Of a DNA stretch of 64,000 bases, positions 29,112-39,244 are shown one piece after another. The position numbers and the translations under genes were made by a program. Source of the DNA: an uncultured Pseudomonadota bacterium. Its GTDB lineage: Bacteria; Pseudomonadota; Alphaproteobacteria; Rs-D84. The stretch lies in NCBI GenBank assembly GCA_947307295.1, contig CAMZIQ010000001.1, forward strand, positions 104,968 through 168,967. The letters are read 5' to 3'. The notes beneath the pieces were generated by a model. The model was given only the letters and a program-made list of their open reading frames with translations, did not search any database and was not told where the DNA came from. The number at the start of each line of letters is the position of its first letter. Position 1 is the first letter of the stretch.

Positions 29112-29468
29112 TTAAATTTTCATTCCGTTTGCGCGCATAGAATCGCCCAAAGCCTTTACACGACCATGATACAGATAACGACCACGATCAAAATAATAAT
29201 TATCTTTAATACCTGCTTTGGCCATACGTTCAGCAAAAATTTTACCTAACATTTCAGCCCCAGAGATATTCCAACCTTTGCCTTTGAAACTCTTTTCTTT
29301 TGAAGATGCGGCACACAATGTGCATCCCTTTACATCATCAATAGCCTGAATTTCAATATGACGGCTCGAGCGAAACACTGACAAACGAATTTTGCCAGGA
29401 TTCTTTCTTTTCAACGCACCGCGATTTGCCAACGTACGTCTTTCTTCAGAAGATAAATGTTTTAACAT
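29112..29468 (-). CDS. rplR: 50S ribosomal protein L18
   Basis: 118 aa, RLSVFRSSRHIEIQAIDD. Confidence 0.9.
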   Translation of the reverse strand: MLKHLSSEERRTLANRGALKRKNPGKIRLSVFRSSRHIEIQAIDDVKGCTLCAASSKEKSFKGKGWNISGAEMLGKIFAERMAKAGIKDNYYFDRGRYLYHGRVKALGDSMRANGMKI

Positions 29469-29490
29469 TTTATTTTTCCTTTTTTTATCA

Positions 29491-29510
29491 ATTTCCGTAA
29501 CAGCGGAAAT
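29491..29510. promoter_or_regulatory. Conserved 20-bp palindromic hairpin (atttccg-taacag-cggaaat), copy 1, in the rplF-rplR spacer
   Basis: Near-identical hairpin gattccg-taacag-cggaatc recurs at 31686-31705. Confidence 0.3.
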
Positions 29511-29515
29511 TATTT

Positions 29516-29746
29516 TTATTTTTCACGAGATTCTACATATCCGTATTTATTCCCACTCAAATAATCACCTATATATTGCCACAAAGATTCACTTTTGCCA
29601 ACTTTTCTTTCAACTGCAGGTTTTACTTGATGTTTTCGACCATCAAAATAATCCCCACAATAATCTAATATAGCACGCACAATCCCAAACAATTTTGGAA
29701 AGCGCTTTGAATTAGATGCAATATTAAGATTTTGTTGAGTGTCCAT
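29516..29746 (-). CDS. Small hypothetical ORF (77 aa) occupying the 294-bp gap between rplF and rplR
   Basis: MDTQQNLNIASNSKRFPKLFGIVRAILDYCGDYFDGRKHQVKPAVERK.... It is the in-gap portion of track ORF 29516-29923, and the upstream portion overlaps rplF. Most bacteria have only a few bp here. Confidence 0.3.
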   Translation of the reverse strand: MDTQQNLNIASNSKRFPKLFGIVRAILDYCGDYFDGRKHQVKPAVERKVGKSESLWQYIGDYLSGNKYGYVESREK

Positions 29747-29762
29747 ATTATAAACCCAGATA

Positions 29763-30314
29763 TTATTTCTTTTTGCCTTCTTTGCGACGGATGTATTCGT
29801 CTTTATAGAAGATACCTTTACCTTTATATGGGTCAGCTTTGCGGATTTTATGAATCTTATCAGCAAATTGTCCCAACAAATTCTTATCGATACCAGAAAT
29901 TGTAAATTCTGTTGGTGTTTCACCCATTGTCACAGTCAAACCAGCTGGAATTTCCATGGTTATATCATGAGAAAAACCAACAACCAACGTAAAGATATTG
30001 CCCTTTACAGATGCTTTATAACCAACACCCTTCATATACATAGGTTTTGAAAAACCTTCGGATACGCCCTGGACAGCAGCTTTAATATTACGAGTCATTG
30101 TTCCCCACATAGCGCGAGAAGCTTTATCTTCTGCATCTTTTGGTGTGACAACTACATGACCATTTTCAACTTTGATATCAACCAAATGGGCATTTTTAGT
30201 ATCCAAGGATACACGCAATTCGCCTTTTGGACCTTTAACAACTACGGCGTTATCTGTCATTTCAACCGATACGCCATTTTTAATTTCTACTGGATATTTT
30301 CCTGCACGAGACAT
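29763..30314 (-). CDS. rplF: 50S ribosomal protein L6
   Basis: MSRAGKYPVEIKNGVSVEM... Confidence 0.9.
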   Translation of the reverse strand: MSRAGKYPVEIKNGVSVEMTDNAVVVKGPKGELRVSLDTKNAHLVDIKVENGHVVVTPKDAEDKASRAMWGTMTRNIKAAVQGVSEGFSKPMYMKGVGYKASVKGNIFTLVVGFSHDITMEIPAGLTVTMGETPTEFTISGIDKNLLGQFADKIHKIRKADPYKGKGIFYKDEYIRRKEGKKK

Positions 30315-30329
30315 AACGATTTCCTTTTA

Positions 30330-30728
30330 TTAGATAACTTTGCATAATACTTCACCGCCGACATTCATCAAGCGCGCCTTATGATCCGTCATAACACCAT
30401 TTGGTGTAGACACAATCGCAATACCCAAACCATTAAGTACACGTGGCATTTTTGCGCAAGACGCATAAACACGACGACCTGGTTTAGAAACAATTTTAAT
30501 TTCTTGAATTGCACCGTTACCGTTCACATATTTCAATTCAACAACTAAATCGGTACGTTTTTCATCAATTTTTTCCTGATGAAAATCAGTTATAAAACCT
30601 TCGTCTTTCAAAACAGACAAAACCGCTACACGCAATTTGCTGTTTGGTACAGTGACGAATTCTTTACCAGCACTCTGACCATTGCGAATGCGGGTAATCA
30701 TATCTCCTATTGGATGTGATAATGACAT
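30330..30728 (-). CDS. rpsH: 30S ribosomal protein S8
   Basis: MSLSHPIGDMITRIRNGQ. Confidence 0.95.
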   Translation of the reverse strand: MSLSHPIGDMITRIRNGQSAGKEFVTVPNSKLRVAVLSVLKDEGFITDFHQEKIDEKRTDLVVELKYVNGNGAIQEIKIVSKPGRRVYASCAKMPRVLNGLGIAIVSTPNGVMTDHKARLMNVGGEVLCKVI

Positions 30729-30799
30729 ATTTTACTCCTTAGTTTGCAAGAATTTCTTCCTGCTCTTGGGCTGCATTGTCCACAGCTTGCTTGTTAATT

Positions 30800-31102
30800 T
30801 TACCAGCTGGATTTACGTACACCTGGTAATTTACCTTCTGACGCCATCGTGCGCACTTGTTGGCGACACAGACCGAACAAACGTAAAAAACCGCGTGAAC
30901 GTCCAGTCACGGAACAACGATTGTGCAAACGTGTTGGGTTAGCATTACGTGGCAATTTTGCCATTTTTTTCATCGCTTCCATACGTTCTTCTGGCGTTGA
31001 ATTGCGAGACATTTTTGCCTTTAATGCAGCACGTTTTGCAGCACCTTTTGCAACCAGTTCTCTGCGATTCAATTCTTTATTTCTCAATGCTTTTTTAGCC
31101 AT
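30800..31102 (-). CDS. rpsN: 30S ribosomal protein S14 (long, non-zinc form)
   Basis: 100 aa, MAKKALRNKELNRREL... Confidence 0.9.
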   Translation of the reverse strand: MAKKALRNKELNRRELVAKGAAKRAALKAKMSRNSTPEERMEAMKKMAKLPRNANPTRLHNRCSVTGRSRGFLRLFGLCRQQVRTMASEGKLPGVRKSSW

Positions 31103-31119
31103 CTTTAATTCCTTAGTTA

Positions 31120-31665
31120 TTATTTCAAAACCAATGGCAAGCCGATTTTTGTCAGCAATGCACGGGCTTCATCATCTGTTTTTGCTGTTGTCACAATGAC
31201 GATATCCATACCACGAATAGCATCAATTTTATCAACAGAAATTTCTGGGAATATCAAATGTTCTTTGATACCGAAAGCATAATTTCCACGACCATCAAAT
31301 TTAGATTTTGACAATCCGCGAAAGTCTTTCACACGTGGCAAAGCCACTGTAATCAACTTGTCCAAGAAATCATACATTCTTTTACCACGCAAAGTCACTT
31401 TTGTTCCAATTGCTTGACCTTCGCGTAAACGATAAGTAGCAATAGATTTCTTTGCATGTGTGATGATTGATTTTTGTGCAGCAATCGCTGTCAAATCAGC
31501 AGCGGCACTATCTAATTTCTTTTTATCAGACACAGCTTCACCAACGCCCATGTTCAAAACAATCTTAGTGAGCTTTGGAACTGCGAATTTATTTGTGTAC
31601 CCGAATTCTTTAATCAATTCAGGAACAATATTTTTTTCATAAATTTCACGCAATCTGCTTTGCAT
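31120..31665 (-). CDS. rplE: 50S ribosomal protein L5
   Basis: [17 protein letters not shown]... Confidence 0.95.
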   Translation of the reverse strand: MQSRLREIYEKNIVPELIKEFGYTNKFAVPKLTKIVLNMGVGEAVSDKKKLDSAAADLTAIAAQKSIITHAKKSIATYRLREGQAIGTKVTLRGKRMYDFLDKLITVALPRVKDFRGLSKSKFDGRGNYAFGIKEHLIFPEISVDKIDAIRGMDIVIVTTAKTDDEARALLTKIGLPLVLK

Positions 31666-31685
31666 TGTTGTACCTTTTCGTTATC

Positions 31686-31705
31686 GATTCCGTAACAGCG
31701 GAATC
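31686..31705. promoter_or_regulatory. Conserved palindromic hairpin (gattccg-taacag-cggaatc), copy 2, in the rplX-rplE spacer
   Basis: Same core ttccgtaacagcggaa as at 29491-29510. Confidence 0.3.
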
Positions 31706-31713
31706 ATTGGTTC

Positions 31714-32016
31714 TTAAATTTTTGTTCCAGATTTTTTTGAAACGCGAATTTTTTTATCCCCTTCCATTTTATATCCAACCTTTGTTGCTTTCTTAGTTTT
31801 TGGATCTACCAAAGCAACATTAGATACATGAATCGGAGCTTCGCGATCAACAATATGACCTGGTTGTTCTTGTGTTGGTTTAATGTGCCATTTATGACGA
31901 TTGACACCTTCAACCACTACACGGGATTCACTTGGACGTGCTTGTAATACTTTACCTTTGACGCCTTTGTATTTTCCCGAAATTACTACGACTTCGTCGC
32001 CTTTCTTAATTTTCAT
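31714..32016 (-). CDS. rplX: 50S ribosomal protein L24
   Basis: [23 protein letters not shown]. Confidence 0.9.
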   Translation of the reverse strand: MKIKKGDEVVVISGKYKGVKGKVLQARPSESRVVVEGVNRHKWHIKPTQEQPGHIVDREAPIHVSNVALVDPKTKKATKVGYKMEGDKKIRVSKKSGTKI

Positions 32017-32043
32017 TTTATCGCCTTTTTGTTGTCAAAAGTA

Positions 32044-32418
32044 TTATATTACCTCTGGTGCCAAAGACACAATTTTCTGAACATCGTATTTACGACGAAC
32101 TTCACGTGCGATTGGGCCAAAAATACGTGTACCAATTGGTTCAAAGTTGTTTTTATTAATCAAAACAACAGCATTATCATCAAAACGAATGATAGAACCA
32201 TCAGGACGTTTAACAGGGAATTTTGTTCTTACGATAATAGCACGTTGAACAGTTCCCTTTTGAACTTTACCACGTGGAATGGCATCTTTAATAGCGACAA
32301 CAATTTTGTCGCCAACTGTTGCATAGCGACGGTGAGAACCGCCCAAAACTTTGATACACATAGCTTTACGTGCACCAGAGTTATCTGCAACTGTCATAAC
32401 TGTTTCATTTTGTATCAT
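32044..32418 (-). CDS. rplN: 50S ribosomal protein L14
   Basis: [18 protein letters not shown]. Confidence 0.95.
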   Translation of the reverse strand: MIQNETVMTVADNSGARKAMCIKVLGGSHRRYATVGDKIVVAIKDAIPRGKVQKGTVQRAIIVRTKFPVKRPDGSIIRFDDNAVVLINKNNFEPIGTRIFGPIAREVRRKYDVQKIVSLAPEVI

Positions 32419-32530
32419 AACTTTTTCCTCAATCCTGCGAACAAGGCAATCCCTTGTCGCTTTGTTATCGGGTTTCGACTGTCTTGAATTATAAAGTTTT
32501 ATTCAAGACCTCAAAAAACCCACCATTTAA

Positions 32531-32797
32531 TTAATCAACATTAACAGAATTGTCTTTGCTGACCCCAACACGCCCTTTTACAATCCAAGATTTTGTTTTG
32601 GATAATGGACGATGTTCTTCAATAGCAACGATTTCACCAACTTTGTATTCGTTGTTTTCATCGTGTGCCTTATACTTTTTATTCTGCTTCACGAACTTAC
32701 CATACAATGGATGACGAAAACGGCGTTCAACTTCAACAACGACAGTCTTGTCATTTGCTGTACTTTTCACAGTTCCTTGCAGTATACGTCTTGGCAT
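32531..32797 (-). CDS. rpsQ: 30S ribosomal protein S17
   Basis: 88 aa, [18 protein letters not shown]. Confidence 0.9.
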   Translation of the reverse strand: MPRRILQGTVKSTANDKTVVVEVERRFRHPLYGKFVKQNKKYKAHDENNEYKVGEIVAIEEHRPLSKTKSWIVKGRVGVSKDNSVNVD

Positions 32798-32870
32798 AAC
32801 TTTAGTCCTTATTTTTTCTTGTTTTCGGCTTCTGATTTTACACTAAAAAAATCAAAAGTCAAAGATTTAG

Positions 32871-33074
32871 TTATTTCGCGGTATTCAACTTGGTTTTTAC
32901 GCGTGCAATTTCGCGGCGAGTTTGGCGCAAAACATGTGTTTTTGGCAATTGACCCGCAGCCAGTTGAAAACGTTGATTCATTTGTTCTTTTTTCAAATCA
33001 ACCAGTTTGCTTTCCAAGGCTTCCTTAGACAAAGCATCTTTTTCGGCTGTTTTCTTTACTTTTTTTTCTGCCAT
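32871..33074 (-). CDS. rpmC: 50S ribosomal protein L29
   Basis: 67 aa, position between rplP and rpsQ. Confidence 0.85.
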   Translation of the reverse strand: MAEKKVKKTAEKDALSKEALESKLVDLKKEQMNQRFQLAAGQLPKTHVLRQTRREIARVKTKLNTAK

Positions 33075-33101
33075 ATTTTCTAACCTTTTGCACTTGTGTT
33101 A

Positions 33102-33515
33102 TTAGTTGACTTTGCGGTCTACGATTTTTGTTCTAACTGGCAATTTTGCTGCAGCCAAAGCAAACGCTTCATATGCGATTTCTGGTTTAACACCATCTAA
33201 TTCGAACATGATACGGCCTGGTTTAACACGGCAAATCCAGTATTCCACAGCACCTTTACCCTTACCCATACGAACGCCACCTGGCTTAGCAGTCACAGGA
33301 ACATCTGGGAAAATACGAATCCATAATTTACCCTGACGTCTCATATGACGAGTAATGGCACGACGAGCGGCTTCTATCTGACGTGCAGTCACACGTTCAG
33401 GAGACATCGCTTTCAATCCAAACGAACCAAAAGCCAATTCACTACCACCTTTGGCAGCCCCGTGAATACGACCTTTGTGCTGTTTGCGAAATTTTGTTTT
33501 ATTTGGCATTAACAT
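33102..33515 (-). CDS. rplP: 50S ribosomal protein L16
   Basis: [19 protein letters not shown]. Confidence 0.95.
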   Translation of the reverse strand: MLMPNKTKFRKQHKGRIHGAAKGGSELAFGSFGLKAMSPERVTARQIEAARRAITRHMRRQGKLWIRIFPDVPVTAKPGGVRMGKGKGAVEYWICRVKPGRIMFELDGVKPEIAYEAFALAAAKLPVRTKIVDRKVN

Positions 33516-33539
33516 GATTAAAACCTTTGATTTTAATTA

Positions 33540-34250
33540 TTATTTGCTTTTCTTTTCGCTGCTACCGGCATATTCAGTCGGACGCGCCATTTCGGACGCC
33601 AGCTTTTCTTTATTAACAACATCACCAGTATAAATCCAAACTTTTACGCCGATAACACCGTATGTTGTTTTGGCCTGAATTGACGCATAATCAATATCTG
33701 CACGCAATGTGTGCAAAGGAATGCGTCCTTCACGGATTTGTTCGCTACGTGCAATTTCAGCACCATTCAAACGACCAGAACACATTACTTTGATACCCTG
33801 GGCACCTGCTTTTTGAGCATTTTGAACAGCTTTTTTCATAGCACGTTTGAACGAAACACGACCTTCGATTTGTTGTGCGATACCTTGTGCAACCAATTGC
33901 GCATTCAAATCTGGACGACGAACTTCATAGATGTTAACAACAACTTGATCGTTCTTGACCAATTTTTTGATATCGTTGCGCAAAGCTTCAATATCCGCAC
34001 CATTTTTACCAATAATCATACCTGGACGTGATGTATGGATAGTGACAACTACCTTTTTAGCAAAACGTTCAATGACGACTTTGGCTAATCCCGCTTTCTT
34101 TAATTTCTTTTCAACGAATTTTCTGATTTTGATATCTTCAGCCAACAATGCCGCATAATCTTTTTTGCCAGCAATCCAGCGAGAATCAGTAATCTTGTTT
34201 ATAAATTCGCGCAATGAAATTGGTGATACTTTTTGTCCCATTTTTTTCAC
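33540..34250 (-). CDS. rpsC: 30S ribosomal protein S3
   Basis: 236 aa with KH domain GQKVSPISLREF. Confidence 0.95.
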   Translation of the reverse strand: MKKMGQKVSPISLREFINKITDSRWIAGKKDYAALLAEDIKIRKFVEKKLKKAGLAKVVIERFAKKVVVTIHTSRPGMIIGKNGADIEALRNDIKKLVKNDQVVVNIYEVRRPDLNAQLVAQGIAQQIEGRVSFKRAMKKAVQNAQKAGAQGIKVMCSGRLNGAEIARSEQIREGRIPLHTLRADIDYASIQAKTTYGVIGVKVWIYTGDVVNKEKLASEMARPTEYAGSSEKKSK

Positions 34251-34257
34251 TCCACTT

Positions 34258-34653
34258 TTATTTTGTTACTTTTTTTGTGTTTTTCTTTTCAGGAGCCACA
34301 CCAGATTCCAAAACTATTGTCAAATTAGAAAATGGTTTCAAAATTGGACGAGCACTTCCACGAGGTCCCGGCATAATACGTTTCATTGTCAACGCTTTAC
34401 CACACCAGATTTCTTTGATAAACAAAGTATCTACTGGTAAATTTTTATTGTGTTCTGCGTTTGCAACAGCAGACAACAATGTTTTCAAAACTTCGTCAGA
34501 AACGCGTTTCTTTGAAAACTTTAAAACGTCAACGGCACGATCAACCGGCAAGCCGCGAACCATATCACAAACCAGATTTAATTTCTGGTGGCTGATGCGA
34601 ATCATTTTGTTGAACGCACGAACCTGATTGTCTTTTATTCCATATCTTGTCAT
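34258..34653 (-). CDS. rplV: 50S ribosomal protein L22
   Basis: 131 aa, position and sequence. Confidence 0.9.
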   Translation of the reverse strand: MTRYGIKDNQVRAFNKMIRISHQKLNLVCDMVRGLPVDRAVDVLKFSKKRVSDEVLKTLLSAVANAEHNKNLPVDTLFIKEIWCGKALTMKRIMPGPRGSARPILKPFSNLTIVLESGVAPEKKNTKKVTK

Positions 34654-34664
34654 GTCAACCTACC

Positions 34665-34943
34665 TTATTTTGCTGCTGCTTTCTTGTTTGCGGCATGACC
34701 TTTGAAAGTACGTGTTGGTGCAAATTCACCCAACTTGTGACCAATCATATCTTCTACGACTGACACAGGAATAAATTTGTTACCGTTATGAACTTCAAAT
34801 GTCAAACCAACCATTGGTGGCACAATAGTACTGCCACGAGACCATGTTTTAATAGGTTTATGGTCATCTTTTTCAATAGCCACCGCTACCTTTTTTAAGA
34901 TAGATGGGTGAACATAAGGACCTTTCCATACTGAACGAGACAT
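34665..34943 (-). CDS. rpsS: 30S ribosomal protein S19
   Basis: [18 protein letters not shown]. Confidence 0.95.
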   Translation of the reverse strand: MSRSVWKGPYVHPSILKKVAVAIEKDDHKPIKTWSRGSTIVPPMVGLTFEVHNGNKFIPVSVVEDMIGHKLGEFAPTRTFKGHAANKKAAAK

Positions 34944-34955
34944 TTTACACTCCTA

Positions 34956-35789
34956 TTATTTCTTCTTTGCCAAATGTCTGCTACGGATAATCATCTTTGC
35001 AGTACGTTTATTGCTACGCGTACGATATCCCTTGGCTGGAATACCTGTGCGGGATACAGGTTCATGTCCTTTGGAATGACCATTACCACCACCCATTGGG
35101 TGATCGTTCGGGTTCATCGCCATACCACGTGTAGATGGGCGAATTCCCAACCAACGTGCACGACCCGCTTTACCCAAATTGACATTACGTTGGTCTGGAT
35201 TAGAAACACTACCAACTGTTGCCAAACATTCAGAATGAACTTTGCGCAATTCACCACTGTTCATTTTAATCTGGGCATACACACCATCTTTACCCATCAA
35301 CTGAGCATAACAACCAGCACTTCTAGCCAATTGACCACCAGCACCTGGTTTCAATTCTACATTATGAACAATTGTACCGATTGGCATATTTTTCAATGGC
35401 ATTGTGTTACCTGGTTTAATATCTTCACGTGTTCCAGAAATAACTGTATCACCTGGTTTCAAATCACGTGGTGCCAAGATATAAGAACGAACACCATCTT
35501 TGTATTCAATCAATGCAATAAACGCAGTACGGTTTGGATCGTATTCCAAACGAACTACTGTTGCAGGAATATCTTTCTTTTTACGGTCGAAATCAATCAA
35601 ACGATATTTACGTTTGTGTCCCCCACCCTGATGAGGAACTGTGACATGACCAAAATTATTACGTCCACCTTTGGACTTTAAACCAACAGTCAAAGACTTT
35701 TCAGGCGCACCTTTGTGCAAACCACTGTGGTCAATCAACGTCAAACCACGTGTTCCTGGAGTTGTTGGCTTGTAATGTTTCAATGCCAT
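34956..35789 (-). CDS. rplB: 50S ribosomal protein L2
   Basis: 277 aa, [13 protein letters not shown]. Confidence 0.95.
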   Translation of the reverse strand: MALKHYKPTTPGTRGLTLIDHSGLHKGAPEKSLTVGLKSKGGRNNFGHVTVPHQGGGHKRKYRLIDFDRKKKDIPATVVRLEYDPNRTAFIALIEYKDGVRSYILAPRDLKPGDTVISGTREDIKPGNTMPLKNMPIGTIVHNVELKPGAGGQLARSAGCYAQLMGKDGVYAQIKMNSGELRKVHSECLATVGSVSNPDQRNVNLGKAGRARWLGIRPSTRGMAMNPNDHPMGGGNGHSKGHEPVSRTGIPAKGYRTRSNKRTAKMIIRSRHLAKKK

Positions 35790-35856
35790 TTTATTTTACC
35801 TTTGTTTTATATTTTGACACTAACATCCGAATATACCGGGTTCTCTGCCAAAATGT

Positions 35857-36189
35857 TTATTTTTGTACCTCTGCAGACAAATCCAAATTTGCATCTGCTG
35901 GCAAAGATACGTATGCTTTTTTAACTTTGCGTTGTGTTCCTGTACTGCGACCACGGAAAGTTTTCACTTTACCTTTTGTGATAACAACATTAACTTTTGT
36001 TGGTTTAATACCGAACAAAACTTCCACAGCTTTCGCCACGTCTTCTTTAGTAGCAGACATTGCGATTTCGAATACAACACCATTGCTTTCGGATAACTTT
36101 GCAGCCTTTTCCGAAATGATTGGACGGCGCAAAACATCGTATGTTCCGGCTGTCGCAACTAATTTCTTTTGTACTTTCTTTTCTGCCAT
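35857..36189 (-). CDS. rplW: 50S ribosomal protein L23
   Basis: Position between rplD and rplB; YDVLRRPIISEKAAKL. Confidence 0.85.
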   Translation of the reverse strand: MAEKKVQKKLVATAGTYDVLRRPIISEKAAKLSESNGVVFEIAMSATKEDVAKAVEVLFGIKPTKVNVVITKGKVKTFRGRSTGTQRKVKKAYVSLPADANLDLSAEVQK

Positions 36190-36206
36190 ATCTTCAAACC
36201 TTTAAT

Positions 36207-36836
36207 TTAAGCCAATCTTGCTTCTACAGCTTTAACAGCATCTGCTGTCAAAACCAATTTTTCATGTTTCAAGATATCCAAAACATTTAAACCAATTGTT
36301 GGTAATACATCAACATTGATAATATTCGCAGCAGATTTCTTGAAGTTTTCATCGACTTTTTCAGCCCCAACAAACAAAGCAGATTCAATTTTCATCTTTT
36401 TCAATTGCTTTGCCAAAGTAGCTGTTTTTGCTTCTTTCATTTTTTCGCTATCGATAATAATCAAAGCACCTTCTTTTACTTTTGAAGACAAAGCCATTTT
36501 CAAACCCAAAGAACGAATTTTCTTTGGCAAATCAATGTTGTGATCACGAACCACAGGTCCATGAACAACACCACCGCCACGCATGTGAACGTTGTATCTT
36601 TCACCTTCACGTGCATTACCAGTTTTCTTTTGTTTGAATGCTTTTTTACCACTTCCTGCAACATCAGATACAGTTTTAACTGCATGAGTGCCTGCACGAG
36701 CATTTGCACGTTGCCATGTCACAACACGGTGCAAAATGTCTGCGCGAGGATCGATTCCAAAGATGCCGTCTTGCAAATCTACTTTGCCGACTGCTTTGCC
36801 ATCTAAATTTAAAATTTCTACTTGCATTTTATTCAC
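36207..36836 (-). CDS. rplD: 50S ribosomal protein L4
   Basis: 209 aa, position and sequence. Confidence 0.9.
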   Translation of the reverse strand: MNKMQVEILNLDGKAVGKVDLQDGIFGIDPRADILHRVVTWQRANARAGTHAVKTVSDVAGSGKKAFKQKKTGNAREGERYNVHMRGGGVVHGPVVRDHNIDLPKKIRSLGLKMALSSKVKEGALIIIDSEKMKEAKTATLAKQLKKMKIESALFVGAEKVDENFKKSAANIINVDVLPTIGLNVLDILKHEKLVLTADAVKAVEARLA

Positions 36837-36850
36837 CTTTTATTGTGTCG

Positions 36851-37558
36851 TTATGCTTGTTCAGCTTCGTTTACAGGTTCTTCAGCTGTTGCAGTAAATG
36901 TTGGCATTGGCAATTTATCTTGAACTTTTTTAATCGCATCACTTACCAACACAAAAGTGCCATTGCTGCCTGGAACTGCGCCTTCAACGAAAATCAAATT
37001 TTCAGCATTATCTGTTCCAAAAACTTTCAAGTTTTGAACAGTCACTGTTTCATTGCCCATTTGACCGGACATCTTTTTACCTTTTAAAACACGACCTGGC
37101 CATTCACGCATACCTGTACCACCCAAAGAACGATGGGCTTTTAACACACCGTGGGAAGCTTCTTTACCACCAAAGTTATGGCGTTTCATAGCACCTTGGA
37201 AGCCTTTACCTTTGCTAGTCGCTTGAACATCGACATATTGACCGGCAATAAAATGTGCGGCAGACAATTGTGTTCCCATTGGAATTACACAATCATCAGA
37301 AACGCGGAATTCAACAACCTTGCGATAAGGTTTCACACCCGCTTTTTCTGCTGCTTTTGCCTGAGGCTTTGCAACATGCTTTGCTTTTGCTTCACGCAAA
37401 CCCAATATATTTGCTACATAACCATTTTTTTCCATTGTACGATTTCCAATAACAGCACAATCCCCAACAGATAAAACTGTTACTGCGTGGGCAACCCCGG
37501 CTTCATCATAAAGACGAGTCATCCCTATTTTTGTTGTAATTAATCCGCTACGTTTCAT
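36851..37558 (-). CDS. rplC: 50S ribosomal protein L3
   Basis: MKRSGLITTKIGMTRLYDEAG. Confidence 0.95.
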   Translation of the reverse strand: MKRSGLITTKIGMTRLYDEAGVAHAVTVLSVGDCAVIGNRTMEKNGYVANILGLREAKAKHVAKPQAKAAEKAGVKPYRKVVEFRVSDDCVIPMGTQLSAAHFIAGQYVDVQATSKGKGFQGAMKRHNFGGKEASHGVLKAHRSLGGTGMREWPGRVLKGKKMSGQMGNETVTVQNLKVFGTDNAENLIFVEGAVPGSNGTFVLVSDAIKKVQDKLPMPTFTATAEEPVNEAEQA

Positions 37559-37617
37559 TTTTTTTGCCTTTTTTGTCAGTGGTTAATGGACACACACCGT
37601 CCACTAACATACACATT

Positions 37618-37929
37618 TTATAATTTAATTTTTACATCAACACCAGATGCCAAATCCAACTTCATCAGTGCATCAACTGTCTGAGGGGTTGGGTTAACAA
37701 TATCTACGACCGCTTTGTGATTGCGGATTTCGAATTGTTCACGTGATTTTTTATCAACGTGTGGAGAACGGTTCACTGTGAACTTTTTAATCAAAGTTGG
37801 CAAGCGAACGGGTCCAACGACATCGGCGCCGGTGCGCTTTGCTGTTTTTACTATTTCTTCTACTGATTCCATCAAGACCCTGTGGTCGAAAGCTATTAAT
37901 TTGATGCGAATCTTAGATGCTGGTACCAT
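37618..37929 (-). CDS. rpsJ: 30S ribosomal protein S10
   Basis: [29 protein letters not shown]. Confidence 0.95.
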   Translation of the reverse strand: MVPASKIRIKLIAFDHRVLMESVEEIVKTAKRTGADVVGPVRLPTLIKKFTVNRSPHVDKKSREQFEIRNHKAVVDIVNPTPQTVDALMKLDLASGVDVKIKL

Positions 37930-38007
37930 TGTTCGTTTTCCTTATTTTAAGTTTTATTATTGTTTTGCGGGCTACAGGATAAACCCATAACCCGCAAAAA
38001 TCAACAA

Positions 38008-39195
38008 TTATTTAACAATTTTTGATACAACACCTGCACCAACTGTGCGTCCGCCTTCACGGATAGCAAAGCGGCGACCTTCGCTCATAGCAATAGGTGC
38101 AATCAATTGCACGCTGATACGAACGTTATCACCTGGCAAGACCATTTCTTTGTCTGCTGGCAAAGTGATTGTACCTGTTACGTCTGTTGTGCTGAAGTAG
38201 AATTGTGGACGATAGTTAGAGAAGAACGCTGTATGACGGCCACCTTCTTCTTTCGTCAAAATATAAACTTCAGCTTCAAAGTCTGTATGTGGTGTGATGG
38301 AACCTGGTTTGCAGATAATTTGACCACGTTCTACATCTTCTTTCTTTGTACCACGCAACAACAAACCAACGTTATCACCTGCTTCACCTTGATCCAACAA
38401 TTTGCGGAACATTTCAACGCCTGTGACAGTTGTTTTTTGTGTTGGTTTCAAACCTACGATTTCGCATTCGTCACCTACTTTGATAACACCAGATTCTACA
38501 CGACCTGTGACCACTGTACCACGACCTGTGATAGAGAACACGTCTTCGATTGGCATCAAGAATGGTTTATCAACTGGACGATCTGGCATTGGGATATATG
38601 TATCGCATGCATTCAACAAAGCATCAATAGATTCTTTACCCAAACCATCGTTCTTTTCTTCCAAAGCGGAAACAGCGGAACCACGGATAATTGGAGCGTT
38701 GTCACCATCGAAATCATTAGCAGACAACAATTCACGAATTTCCATTTCAACCAATTCCAACAATTCTGGGTCATTAGCCAAATCGCATTTGTTCAAATAA
38801 ACTACGATTTTTGGAATACCCACTTGACGTGCCAACAAGATGTGTTCACGTGTTTGAGGCATTGGACCATCAGTTGCAGCAACCACCAAAATAGCACCGT
38901 CCATCTGAGCAGCACCGGTAATCATGTTTTTAACATAGTCCGCGTGTCCTGGGCAGTCAACGTGAGCATAGTGACGATTTGCTGTTTCATATTCTACGTG
39001 TGCAGTATTAATTGTTATACCGCGAGCTTTTTCTTCTGGTGCATTATCGATTTGATCAACACCTTTTTGAGCGTCAATACCGACACCATAGTAATGAACG
39101 ATTGCAGCAGTCAATGTTGTTTTACCGTGGTCAACGTGACCAATAGTACCAATATTGACGTGTGGTTTTGTTCTTACGTACTTTTCTTTTGCCAT
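38008..39195 (-). CDS. tuf: Elongation factor Tu
   Basis: 395 aa, [27 protein letters not shown]. Confidence 0.97.
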   Translation of the reverse strand: MAKEKYVRTKPHVNIGTIGHVDHGKTTLTAAIVHYYGVGIDAQKGVDQIDNAPEEKARGITINTAHVEYETANRHYAHVDCPGHADYVKNMITGAAQMDGAILVVAATDGPMPQTREHILLARQVGIPKIVVYLNKCDLANDPELLELVEMEIRELLSANDFDGDNAPIIRGSAVSALEEKNDGLGKESIDALLNACDTYIPMPDRPVDKPFLMPIEDVFSITGRGTVVTGRVESGVIKVGDECEIVGLKPTQKTTVTGVEMFRKLLDQGEAGDNVGLLLRGTKKEDVERGQIICKPGSITPHTDFEAEVYILTKEEGGRHTAFFSNYRPQFYFSTTDVTGTITLPADKEMVLPGDNVRISVQLIAPIAMSEGRRFAIREGGRTVGAGVVSKIVK

Positions 39196-39244
39196 AGTTT
39201 TCTCCTTAGGCTTTGGTTGTTAATTTATTTTTCAATCTTCTTTT

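Noticed and set aside
29516-29923. Long form (135 aa) of the minus-strand ORF in the rplF-rplR region
   Set aside because: The upstream 58 codons overlap the 3' end of rplF in another frame. Only the in-gap portion starting at the Met at 29746 was kept, as a low-confidence small ORF.
34974-35681. 235-aa + strand ORF antisense to rplB
   Set aside because: Entirely inside the highly conserved L2 gene on the opposite strand. The composition is the mirror of the coding strand (Cys/Thr/His-rich nonsense). Spurious.
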